64,000 nt of DNA from Heterodontus francisci (taxonomy: Eukaryota), in the NCBI RefSeq assembly GCF_036365525.1, contig NC_090399.1:42378430-42442429 (forward strand), given 5' to 3'. A program made the position numbers and the translations under genes. Position 1 is the first letter of the stretch. Each line of letters begins with the position of its first letter. Shown here one piece after another: positions 1 to 10,879 of the stretch. The notes under the pieces were generated by a model. It searched no databases. It had not been told where the DNA came from and was given only the letters and a program-made list of their open reading frames with translations.

Positions 1-2170
1 GTGGCTGTGTGTCCATGTGCACTGCTCTGATGGGTGCAGGAACAGGTGGCTGTGTGTCTATGTGCACTGCTCTGATGGGTGCAGGAACAGGTGACTGTGT
101 GTCCATGTGCACTGCTCTGATGGGTGCAGGAACAGGTGACTGTGTGTCCATGTGCACTGCTCGGATGGGTGCAGGAACAGGTGACTGTGTGTCCATGTGC
201 ACTGCTCGGATGGGTGCAGGAACAGGTGGCTGTGTGTCCATGTGCACTGCTCTGATGGTTGCAGGAACAGGTGGCAGTATGTCCATGTGCACTGCTCTGA
301 TGGTTGCAGGAACAGGTGACACTGTGTCCATGTGCACTGCACGGATGGGTGCAGGAACAGGTGGCTGCGTGTGAACGTGCACAGCTCTGATGGGTGCAGG
401 AACAGGTGGCTGTGTGTCCATGTGCACTGCTCTGATGGGTGCAGGAACAGGTGGCACTGTGTCAATGTGCACTGCTCTGATGCGTGCAGGAACAGTTGAC
501 TGTGTGTCCATGTGCACTGCTCTGATGGGTGCAGGAACATTTGGCAGTGTGTCAATGTGCAGTGCTCTGATGGGTGCAGGAACAGTTGACTGTGTGTCCA
601 TGTGCACTGCTCTGATGGGTGCAGGAACACGTGACTGTGTGTCCATGTGCACTGCTCTGATGGGTGCAGGAACAGGTGGCTGTGTGTCCTTGTGCACTGC
701 TCTGATGGGTGCACGAACAGGTGGCACTGTGTCCCTGTGCACTGCTCGGATGGGTGCAGGAACAGGTGGCTGTCTGTCCATGTGCACTGCTCGGATGGGT
801 GCAGGAACAGGTGGCTGAGTGTCCACGTGCACTGCTCTGATGGGTGCAGGAACAGGTGGCTGAGTGTCCACGTGCACTGCTCTGATGGGTGCAGGAACAG
901 GTGATTGTGTGTCCATGTGCACTGCTCTGATGGTTGCAGGAACAGGTGGCACTGTGTCCATGTGCACTGCATGGATGGGTGCAGGAACAGGTGGCTGCGT
1001 GTGAACGTGCACAGCTCTGATGGGTGCAGGAACAGGTGGCTGTGTGTCCATGTGCACTGCTCTGATGGGTGCAGGAACAGGTGACTGTGTGTCAATGTGC
1101 ACTGCTCTGATGGGTGCAGGAACAGGTGGCTGTGTGTCAATGTGCACTGCTCTGATGGGTGCAGGAACAGTTGACTGTGTGTCCATGTGCATTGCTCTGA
1201 TGGGTGCAGGAACAGTTGACTGTGTGTCCATGTGCATTGCTCTGATGGGTGCAGGAACAGTTGACTGTGTGTCCATGTGCACTGCTCTGATGGGTGCAGG
1301 AACAGGTGGCTGTGTGTCCATGTGCACTGCTCTGATGGGTGCAGGAACAGGTGGCTGTGTGTCAATGTGCACTGCTCTGATGGGTGCAGGAACAGTTGAC
1401 TGTGTGTCCATGTGCATTGCTCTGATGGGTGCAGGAACAGTTGACTGTGTGTCCATGTGCACTGCTCTGATGGGTGCAGGAACAGGTGGCTGTGTGTCCA
1501 TGTGCACTGCTCTGATGGGTGCAGGAACAGTTGACTGTGTGTCCATGTGCACTGCTCTGATGGGTGCAGGAACAGGTGGCTGTGTGTCCATGTGCACTGC
1601 TCTGATGGGTGCAGGAACAGGTGACTGTGTGTCCACTTGCACTGCTCGAATGGGTGCAGGAACAGGTGGCTGTGTGTCCATGTGCACTGCTCTGATGTGT
1701 GCAGGAACAGGTGGCTGTGTGTCCATGTGCACTGCTCTGATGTGTGCAGGAACAGGTGGCTGTGTGTCCATGTGCACTGCTCTGATGTGTGCAGGAACAG
1801 GTGGCTGTGTGTCCATGTGCACTGCTCTGATGTGTGCAGGAACAGCTGGCTGTGTGTCCATGTGCACTGCTCGGATGGGTGCAGGAACAGGTGACTGTGT
1901 GTCCATGTGCACTGCTCGGATGGGTGCAGGAACAGGTGGCTGTGTGTCCATGTGCACTGCTCTGATGGGTGCAGGAACAGGTGGCTGTGTGTCTATGTGC
2001 ACTGCTCTGATGGGTGCAGGAACAGGTGACTGTGTGTCCTTGTGCACTGCTCTGATGGGTGCAGGAACAGGTGACTGTGTGTCCATGTGCACTGCTTGGA
2101 TGGGTGCAGGAACAGGTGGCTCTGTGTCCACTTGCACTGCTCGGATGGGTGCAGGAACAGGTGGCTGTGT
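1..2170. repeat. 45-bp minisatellite, ~48 units, no indels; minus strand reads QPPVPAPIRAVHMDT in the transposase frame
   Basis: Unit gtggctgtgtgtccatgtgcactgctctgatgggtgcaggaacag keeps register every 180 bp from 1 to 2161. Variant gtgaacgtgcacagct recurs at 371 and 1001 (14-unit offset). Confidence 0.98.
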
Positions 2171-4589
2171 AATTGAGCAACAAGGAGACGGTACCGTATT
2201 TGAGGGAAGTGGAGCTTTGTACAGGCAGGTGTCTGTATGGTCCATCAGATCATTAGGCCTGGGGGTGAAACACTCAGGGTCCTTGGATTGTGGCACGTGA
2301 CTGATGTCCAGCGCTTGGCCACCTCCATCCAAGGTGCTTCTTAGCAATTGTTGGGCATGGTAAATGGCTCCATCTCATCAGCCAGTCCTTGCTGCCAGCG
2401 GAGAGTCTGTTGCCGCAGCCAGTCCAGTTTCCTCATGACTGCTGCCGTTCCACTCTGCAGAACGGCCTGTTGTAGCTGGTACAATTGATCTGAAAGCAAG
2501 CGGTATTTTTCATTGTAGCTGAAGGGCCTTGGCTGTTCCTCTGTAATCACAATGGCAGCAGCCATGCCTGTCGTCGTTGGTGTCTGCGATGCACGCCAGC
2601 GGCAGGTGGGGGCAAGCCTGTCCAATAGCATGTTTGCAGGGCAACAAAGTCTGAATGAAGAAGATGCAGCTGCGGGTAGCCTGGCCATCATGTATCTGCA
2701 GTGTGTACTGTTTGGCACCAGAAATCACAGTCACTGTGCCTTCATCCTGCTCCTTGACATGTACTCGCTGAATGTGGCTATGATCCTGATGCATCAGCTT
2801 CATAGCATGACTGGTGAATCCCGTGTAAAATGATTGTAGATCTGCTGGTGCCTCTGCGATGCGCTTGAAAGAGGCTCCCTGCAGGAATGTGTAATAGGCA
2901 CTCTCCCAATCCAGGACACTATTGTGGAAGATCAGCGCTGAGATGCATTCCTTCATGGATGAGGAGGAGTGGAGCAGGTGCTTTATCTTGCCACTCTCTG
3001 ACTCAATGCGATTGTTGGTGTTGTTCCCAAACGTTAGGACTTTACCGCGTGAACATGCTGCCCACATCTCCTTCTGTGGAATCCAGTTTGTCAGCAGGTA
3101 GTCCTGCAGGGGTGGGTAGAGGTGTCCAATCCTTTCTACACAACTTGTGATCTTCTCCTGCAAATGTGCATGAACCATTTCCTTGCAGATCATAAACAAC
3201 TGATCCCTCAGTTCACCATTCAATGGGGAGCTGCTGATCTTCCTCCTCATGCTCTGCATCACATGGAACTGACAGAGGAGAACCGTTGCAGCTGGGAGAT
3301 GCTTCCTGATCGCATTGATCTCATTGATGTCTTTATCCACAATGGCTGATCTCACGCGGCAGGCGCTGGATCCCATGAAATCGACAAAATCACCCACAAT
3401 CTCGTCCAGCATCTGAGACGTCTCATTCCTCACCATGGCATAGAACACAGCCCTGCCCCTACCAGCATTGTTCTGCACCATCACCTGGTACAGAGGGTAG
3501 CCGCATTTGTTCACCTTGTACGTTCCGTCCATGAACAGCAGTTCAGGAAAGGCCTGCATGTGGGCCTTCATGGCTGGTGTCATGAAGGCAATATAGAGGA
3601 TGTTGCTTCCCTGCAGGCCAACCCGTACTGCAGCCCCGTCCTGCTGAATCTTCTCCAGCGTATCACACAGCGCATCCATGCTGTCATCCCCTGTTTTGAG
3701 CCGGGATTTTACATTTCTAATGTCACTAAGGGTTATGGTCTTATTGAATGAACGCGCGATATAATCCTTCAGCTGTTTGTTCCCAGCCTGCAGCTTGACC
3801 AACTCTTCTACCTTCTGCCTTTCATCATGGTTCAGTTGTCGTCTCCTTGCATAGAAGCGTAAACATTCTGGATGCAAAACATGACCGGTATGTACAAGAT
3901 GGTAGGAGCTGACACACAGTTTGTTCTTGCTCGTATTGAATTTCACACTGATGAAGACCTCACAGCCCAGGGCGAGATACCTGAAAAGTTACACAGACAT
4001 TCAATGAGCACGCCCCACATGCCCTCACTAAAACGCCAGCCATCCCCAGGTGTGTTGCTGGCAGCAGTTTACATGTGCACCATGACAAGGTCCCAAAATC
4101 TGGTGCGCACCTGTTTCGCCATTGGTCTATCCAGGAAATCACAACAAAGGCAGTCCGTAGACACGGGGGCGGTATGCGCGTGGCTTTGTGGGCACAGGAT
4201 CTCACTGACGAGATGTATTGATACTGCAAATCGAATCTTGGTTCAATGGGCATCAAGGAACAGCTTTACAGGACTGACAAGCTACACAAGTGTAAATGTA
4301 GTGACCGCAGCACCTACCTCTGATTCGGTCTCACTCCAGTAGAATGGATGCGTGGCTGCCCATAGTGTACACAGCACAGCCTCACTGAGGCATAAGCACA
4401 ACAGCAAAGTACATTTAAATAGCATTGTTAACATAGTGAAACATAACAAGGCACATCACAGGATGTGCCTGCAGACCAGGCTACCTGTTGAAACATCTCA
4501 GGTTTACTGCTGAAGTCGTCATAACTCTCGAACTCCTGGGTTGTGAAGGTGGCAAGGAACTGCTCTGTGGAATCTACTGACGTTGCCAT
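1..4589 (-). mobile_element. Mutator-like (MULE) DDE transposase gene, ZSWIM1/ZSWIM3-type, spliced and decayed; 3' end runs off the window
   Basis: Exon 1 4589-4485 (MATSVDSTEQFLATFTTQEFESYDDF...FQQ|GTAG). Exon 2 remnant ~4395-4318 (YASVRLCCVHYGQPRIHSTGVRPNQ-AG|GTAGGT). Exon 3 from 3980 (ttttcag|G; R-YLALGCEVF...HLVHTGH), phase-compatible with exon 2. MULE motifs FMDGTYK, IVDKD, CQFH, NNRIES; SWIM-like finger (R)SC...PCKH. Frameshifts near ~2610 and ~2375. Confidence 0.88.
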
Positions 4590-4760
4590 GATCGAAGTTT
4601 GAGGTTCAGGAAGGCTATTAAGGGACCACACGGGAAACATGAGATGAGATAAGAAATACAGAATGCACTCCATTGAAACGTTACAAAAACGAACGTGACC
4701 GTTTAGATGGTAGGTTGTTCGCTGGACTGCAGCACAGGTACTGCCTGCACACAGCAACTC

Positions 4761-4880
4761 ACAACAGGAACTGGAGCACATGCGGTGCCCCAGACAATGG
4801 AAATGCTTTCAGAGCAGCTTGCAACAGGGACTGGAGCACATGCGGTGCCCCAGACAATGGAAATGTTTTCAAAGCAACTT
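4761..4880. repeat. 60-bp tandem duplication upstream of the transposase ATG
   Basis: 4761-4820 and 4821-4880 share caacagg-actggagcacatgcggtgccccagacaatggaaatg. Confidence 0.9.
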
Positions 4881-4974
4881 ACAACGGCAGAGCAACTTAC
4901 CTTGGAACAATCTCCTGTGTCTAATAAAAATGAAGCAAATCTCCAAAACGACTAAATAATTCAGATAAAATGCG

Positions 4975-5325
4975 AGAAAATGCCCGACGAAACCTCTCCT
5001 CCTTCCACTTTCAAAAAGTCGCGCCGAAGCTTTGACGCATGCGTGAATATCCGAAGATGGACGCATGCGCAGAGGACAACCTGGCACGTTGCCCGAGGAA
5101 GACGACGTAATGCGATGATGTCATCTGCGCATGCGCAAAGTGGCTCTGGCAAGCCGGACCGCAGCGCATGCGCAGAGAGCAGGAGACCGTGTGCGCATGT
5201 GCGCACCGCGGCGCAGCCTGATGACGTCAGCGCTGACGAAGCGTTGCCATGAATCACTTTGAACAAACATCATGAACTATCCAATCAGAGAAATGCTGAT
5301 TGTTACATCACCAGTTGCCAGGGAG
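4975..5325. promoter_or_regulatory. CpG-rich promoter-like / subterminal region with clustered NRF1-type palindromes, CRE and CCAAT
   Basis: TGCGCATGCGCA at 5126-5137, near-matches at ~5034, 5061, 5164 and 5192; TGACGTCA 5222-5229; CCAATCAG 5281. CpG-dense compared with the flanks. Confidence 0.6.
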
Positions 5326-5389
5326 GATAAATATTTGACACAGAAAGTGACAGAGGGAAGAGTGTTATGAACAGGATGGGGTCATTCAT

Positions 5390-7400
5390 TCAGACGTTCG
5401 GGCCTGCTACACTATTCAAATGGATCATTGCTGATCCTGTATCTTAATTCCATTTTCCTGGCTTTCCTCCAAATCCCTTGATACCGTTATCCAATAATAA
5501 TCGCTTAATCTTGGTCTGAAAAGTTCCCATTGTCCCAACTTCCACAACTATTTTGAGGAGAGAGTTCCAAATGTTTATTACCCTTGTGAAAATGTGCTTC
5601 CTGATTTCCCTCCTAAACAGCATAGCTCGAATTTTAAGATGGTAGATTCATAGAGTCATTCATGTCATAGGAGGAGGCCATTCGCCCCATCGAGTCCATG
5701 ACAGCTCTCCATGGAACAATCCAGTCAATCCCACTTTTCCACTTGATCCCCGTTGTCCTGCAAGTGTATTTCCTTCAGCTGCCCATCCATTTTTCACCAC
5801 CCTCGTGGGCAGTGAGCTCCAAGTCATTACCACTCACTGCGTAAAAAAAATTCTTCCTCACATTCCCCCTGCAGAATTTCCCCAAAGCTTTCAATCTGTG
5901 TCCCCCTAGTCCTTGTTCGATTAGTTAATGGGAACAAATTTTCCTTGTCTATCTTATCAAAGCTTGTCATAATCTTATACACTTCTATTAAATCTCCCTC
6001 AATCTCCTTTGTTTTAAGGAGAATAAACCCAGCTTTCCCAACCTAAACTAATAACTAAAATCCTCCATCCCTGGATCCTCACATCCTTGCTGAAGTGTGA
6101 TAACCAGAAATGGATGCAATACTCCAATTGGGGCGTGACCAGAGTTTTGTAAAGGTTCAGCATAACTTCCATGCTTGTGTACTCAATGCCTCTGTTTATG
6201 AAGCCCAAATCCCATCTGCTTTGCGAACCACTCTCTCAATATGTCCTTCCAAGGTTGATGCACATGCACCCCCAGATCCCCCTCTTCCTGCACTTCTTTA
6301 GAACTGTGCCATTAAGTATATATTGCCTCACCCTATCCCTGCAGCCAAAATATATCACCTAACACTTATCTGTATTAAATTCTATCTGTCACCTGTCTGC
6401 CCATTCTGCTAGCCTATGTCCTTTTGCAGGCAGTTTATATCATCCTCACTGTTTGCCACTCCTCTAAGTTTGGTATCAGTGGCAAATTTGGAAATTCTAC
6501 TCTGTATTCCAAGATCCAAGTCATTTATCTATAGCAAAAAAAACAGTGGTTCCAGCACTGACCCTTGGGGAACATCACTGTCTACCATCCTCCAGTCTGA
6601 AAAACAGCCATTTACCACCACTCACTGTTCTCTGTACTTCAGCCAATTTTTTATCCAATTGGACTCCAACCCTCCTATTCCATGAGCCTCAATTTTGTTA
6701 ACCACAATTTTTTGCGGTTCCTTATCAAACGCTTTTTAAAATTCCATAGAAACAACATCCATCGCATTCCCATCATCAACCTTCTCTGTAACTTCATCAA
6801 AAAATTCAATTTGATTAGTTAAGCATAATCTGCCTTTTCCAAATCCATGCTGGTTCTCCTTAATTCACTCAAACCTCTCCAAGTGCCTGTTGATTTTTTA
6901 CCCTGATCATTGTTTCTAAAACCTTACCCACCACTGATGTTAAACTAACTGGCCTGTAGATGCTCGGACTGTCCTTACACCCTTTCTTGAATAAGGATGC
7001 CATATTTGACACTCTCTAATCGTCTGGCACCTCCCCCACATCCAGGTAAGATTGGAAGATTATGGCAAGCCCTTCCACAAGCTCCACTCCATTTCCTTTC
7101 GCAAACTGGGATGCAACCAGTGATTTATCTACCCAAAGCAATACCAGCCTTTTTCATAACCCTCCCTCTCGATTTTTACCCTATCCATTGCCCCTACTCT
7201 GATTTTGTCAGATTCTTCTTCCTTAGTAACCAACAATACAAAGTACTAATTAAGTATTCTAGCCTTGCCCTGTGCCCATGGGCCCTTAGTAGGCCCCACT
7301 CCATCTCTTACTACCTGCTTACTAGTTACATGAAGATTTTTGGGTTCCCTTTTATGTTGACTGCCATTCTATTCTCATTCTTTCTTTGCCAGGCTTACTT
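5390..7400 (-). mobile_element. CR1-type LINE fragments (two 3' ends plus decayed RT)
   Basis: Antisense CR1 3' tails at ~5400 and ~5650; minus ORF with LVTPQLEYCIHFW; RT remnants (antisense of VPQGSVL) at ~6555. Confidence 0.85.
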
Positions 7401-7440
7401 TCCTCATCACCACCCCTCTCAATTAATTGCATTGGGCTCA

Positions 7441-8200
7441 TCTTTTATCCTCCCCGCCCGTCTCACTGTGCTCTCACTCTCTTGGCTACTTTTTTATCCT
7501 CCCCGCCAGTCTCACTGTGTTCTCACTCTCTCAGCTGCTCTTTTATCTTTCTCGCCGGTCTCACTGTGCTCTCACTCTCTCGGCTGCTCTTTTATCCTCC
7601 TCGCTGATCTCACTGGGCTCTCACTCTCCGGGCTGCTCTTTTATCCTCCCCGCCAGTCTCACTGTGCTCTCACTCTCCGGGCTGCTCTTTAATCCCCCCC
7701 CCCCCGCCGGTCTCACTGTGCTTCCACTCTCTCAGCTGCTCTTTTGTCCTCCCTGCCGGGCTCGATGTGCTCTCTCTCTCCGAACTGCTCTTTATCCTCC
7801 TCGCCGGTCTCACTGCGTTCTCACTCTCCGAACTGCTCTTTTATCCTCCCCGCCAGTCTCACTGTGCTCTCACTCTCCGGGCTGCTCTTTAATCCCCCCC
7901 CCCCCGCCGGTCTCACTGTGCTTCCACTCTCTCAGCTGCTCTTTTGTCCTCCCTGCCGGGCTCGATGTGCTCTCTCTCTCCGAACTGCTCTTTATCCTCC
8001 TCGCCGGTCTCACTGCGTTCTCACTCTCCGAACTGCTCTTTTATCCTCCCCACCAGTCTCACCGTGCTCCCACTTTCTTGGCTGCTCATTTATCCTCCTC
8101 GCAGGTCTCACTGTGCTCTCACTCTCCGGGCTGCTCTTTTAACCTCCCCACCGGTCTCACTGTGTTCTCACTCTCCGAGCTGCTCTTTTATCCTCCCCGC
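7441..8200. repeat. 49-bp CT-rich minisatellite with a 200-bp higher-order duplication
   Basis: ttttatcc starts at 7443/7492/7541/7590/7639; the block at 7641 is repeated at 7841. Confidence 0.92.
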
Positions 8201-8204
8201 TGAT

Positions 8205-9290
8205 ATTTTCCTTGTTCTCAATTCCTCCACCACAGGAAATAGTTGCCCTGTCTCAACACTGTTGAATCCTTTTAACATTATAAATACCTCAATCAGATCA
8301 TCCTTCAACCTTCTATACAAGGGGAATACAAGCCAAGTGTATGTAACCTCCCTTTATGCTCTGGTATCATTCTGGTCAATCTGCACTGCACCCCCTCCAA
8401 GAACAATATATCCTTGCTGAGGGGCACTGCCCAAAACTGAACACAGTTCCTCCAGGTGGGGTCTGACCAAGGCTCCGTCCACCTGAATCATCACTTCCTC
8501 CACTTTGTATTCCAGCTCCCTCGAGATGAAGGCCAATATTTCATTAAACAGACTGGTGAAATGGGCAGATCCACAACAGATACAATTTAATGCAGAGAAC
8601 TGTTTGAAGTGATGCATTTTGGAAGGAAGAATGAGGAGAGGCAATATAAACTAAATGGCACAATTTTAGAGAGGATGCAAGGATGGAGAGAGCTGGTGTG
8701 TGTATGTACACAAATCACTGAAGGTGACAGGACAAGGTGAGAAGTCTGTTAAAATGCATTTCAGATCCTTGGCTTTATAAGTGGAGACACAGAGTACAAA
8801 AGCAAGGAAGTTATGAAGTTATGGTAAACCTTTATAAATCACTGGTTAGACCCCAGCTGGAATATCGTGTCCAATCCTGGGCACCAGACTTTGGAAATGA
8901 TGTCATGGCCTTGGAGAGGGTGCAGAGGAGATTTATTTTTTATTTTATTTAGAGATACAGCACTGAAACAGGCCCTTCGGCCCACCGAGTCTGTGCCGAC
9001 CATCAACCACCCATTTATACTAATCCTACACTAATTCCATATTCCTACCACATCCCCACCTGTCCCTATATTTCCCTACCACCTACCTATACTAGGGGCA
9101 ATTGCTAATGGCCAATTTACCTATCAACCTGCAAGTCTTTGGCATGTGAGAGGAAACCGGAGCACCCGGAGAAAACCCACGCAGACACAGGGAGAACTTG
9201 CAAACTCCACACAGGCAGTACCCAGAATTGAACCCGGGTCGCTGGAATGGGACCAGGGATGAGGGAGTTCAGTTAATATGAAGAGACAAT
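8205..9290. mobile_element. CR1 fragments in opposite orientations (minus 8205-8545; plus 8546-8931 and 9247-9290)
   Basis: Minus ALVRPHLE; plus [19 protein letters not shown]...ALERVQRRF, interrupted by a SINE. Confidence 0.8.
8932..9246 (-). mobile_element. HE1-like V-SINE, 5'-truncated
   Basis: Antisense of the V-SINE core (gtgtggagtttgcaagttctccctgtgtctgcgtgggttt...ccggtttcct) and CR1-like tail (ggccgaagggcctgtttcagtgctgtatctct + (TAAAA)n). Confidence 0.9.
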
Positions 9291-9945
9291 TCAGTATTTT
9301 TTTTTCAGATGTTTGAATGTTTATTTAATGTTCTGTTGAGTTGTGCAGTGCCCTGACTGAACCAATGTGGTTACAACAACCAATGGGAGGGAATTATTTG
9401 ATCAAATTATTTGGCTTTGAAATTGGGTGACAGATTTAATTGGTCAATAACCTCTCATTGTAATTTCTATTAGATTGTTCACTTTTAGTCAGTCAGATAT
9501 CTGAAAGTAACTGAGCAGCTGACTGGTTACTTGAGGCAATACTGAATATTACACTTTGGGAGGTTGAGGAGCTATAGGGATACATTTGGGGAGGAGGGTG
9601 GGTGGGAAAAACAGACACCAGGAGCAGGGGGCTGGGGGAAAAGACACTCAGTGGAGGGGAGGGGAGACACTCAGTGGGGTGGGTTTGGGGAAGAAGACAC
9701 TCAGTAGAGGGGAGGGGAGACACTCGGTCGGGAGTGGGTTTGGGGTGGTGGGAGAGACAACCAGAGCTGGGAGGGTGGGGGGAGAGACACAGAGCTGGTG
9801 GGGGGATAGACAGAGAGCTGCCGGGGGGGGGGGGGGGTGGGAGACACTCGGGGTGGGGGAAGGGGACACGCTGAGAGGGCCCGACACCCCAAGGGGCAAC
9901 ACACTGAGCTGTGATATCCTGAAGTGAAAGACTCTGAATTTTGAC

Positions 9946-10262
9946 TCTGGGGTGAGACTCGCTGGGGTGAAACTCACTGGGGTGTGACTCACTGGGGTGT
10001 GACTCGCTGGGGTGTGACTCGCTGGGGTGTGATGTTGGGGTGTGACTCGCTGGGGTGTGACTCGCTGGGGTGTGATGTTGGGGTGAGACTCGCTGGGGTG
10101 AGACTCACTGGGGTGAGACTCGCTGGGGTGTGATGTTGGGGTGAGACTCGCTGGGGTGAGACTCACTGGGGTGAGACTCGCTGGGGTGTGATGTTGGGGT
10201 GAGACTCGCTGGGGTGAGACTCGCTCGGGTATGATGTTGGGGTGCGAGTCGCTGGGGTGAGA
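9946..10262. repeat. 14/15-bp G-rich minisatellite (gctggggtgagactc / gttggggtgtgat)
   Basis: About 20 units, each with a GGGG run; preceded by a degenerate G-rich tract at 9585-9900. Confidence 0.9.
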
Positions 10263-10879
10263 GGGTGAACACAGAATCTGCTATTGGGAGATGACTCTGG
10301 GCCTTGCTGGTACAGTTGTGGCTCTCACTCTGAGTGTCAGTGACATGCTCGATGTGGGGGTTTTATTAGAAGTGAAAGTGGAGGAAACAGTCTCTTCTCG
10401 GAAGAAGCTGGACTGCAGCCAGTGACCGGGCTCTGCACTGTGACTGGGAATGTGTAACAGAATCGTGCTGTCCTCACTGGCAGGATTCAGACGCAGATAC
10501 TCAGCTGATGCTGTGTTTCTCTTTAAAACAACAGCAACTAAACACTTCAAGTAATTCACCGGCTGCCTGGCATTGGCAGGGGTCCTGGGGACATGAACAG
10601 TGCTGTATAGACACGAATTTGATCAATAACTTTCTAAAAGTTAGTTCAGGGACTTTCCAACAGTGATAAAGACAAGGCAGTGGGCAGCAAGCAAACAACT
10701 ATATGGGTGGGCCCAGGGGGAGCTACCAAGGAGTGGGAGGGGATAGTGTACAGGGTCAAAGTGTAAAGTCTGTAGTTTGAACACAGTATTTCAGGGCAAT
10801 GAAATCCCTGAAAGAACTTTCTCCACAGTCTCATTCCCAGCCTTTACCCCATTCACCCATCACCCCTTTCCCCCCACTC

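Noticed and set aside
1362-2183. ATCSCTH repeat frame as an amplified SWIM finger start
   Set aside because: It lacks the CxH half, is in a different frame from the transposase, contains stops, and shows weak nucleotide similarity to the SWIM codons.
9-2300. Cys-rich plus-strand ORFs (MGAGTGGCVSMCTAL)n and His-rich minus ORFs as keratin-associated, antifreeze or metal-binding proteins
   Set aside because: These are alternative frames of the minisatellite, broken by stops and not connected to any gene structure.
6997-8420. Long hydrophobic ORFs
   Set aside because: They are antisense CR1 sequence plus translations of the CT-rich minisatellite.
10290-10445. Short plus ORF MTLGLAGTVVALTLSVS... 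and cactgtg as an Ig/TCR leader and recombination signal
   Set aside because: No V domain follows and there is no nonamer at 12/23 spacing.
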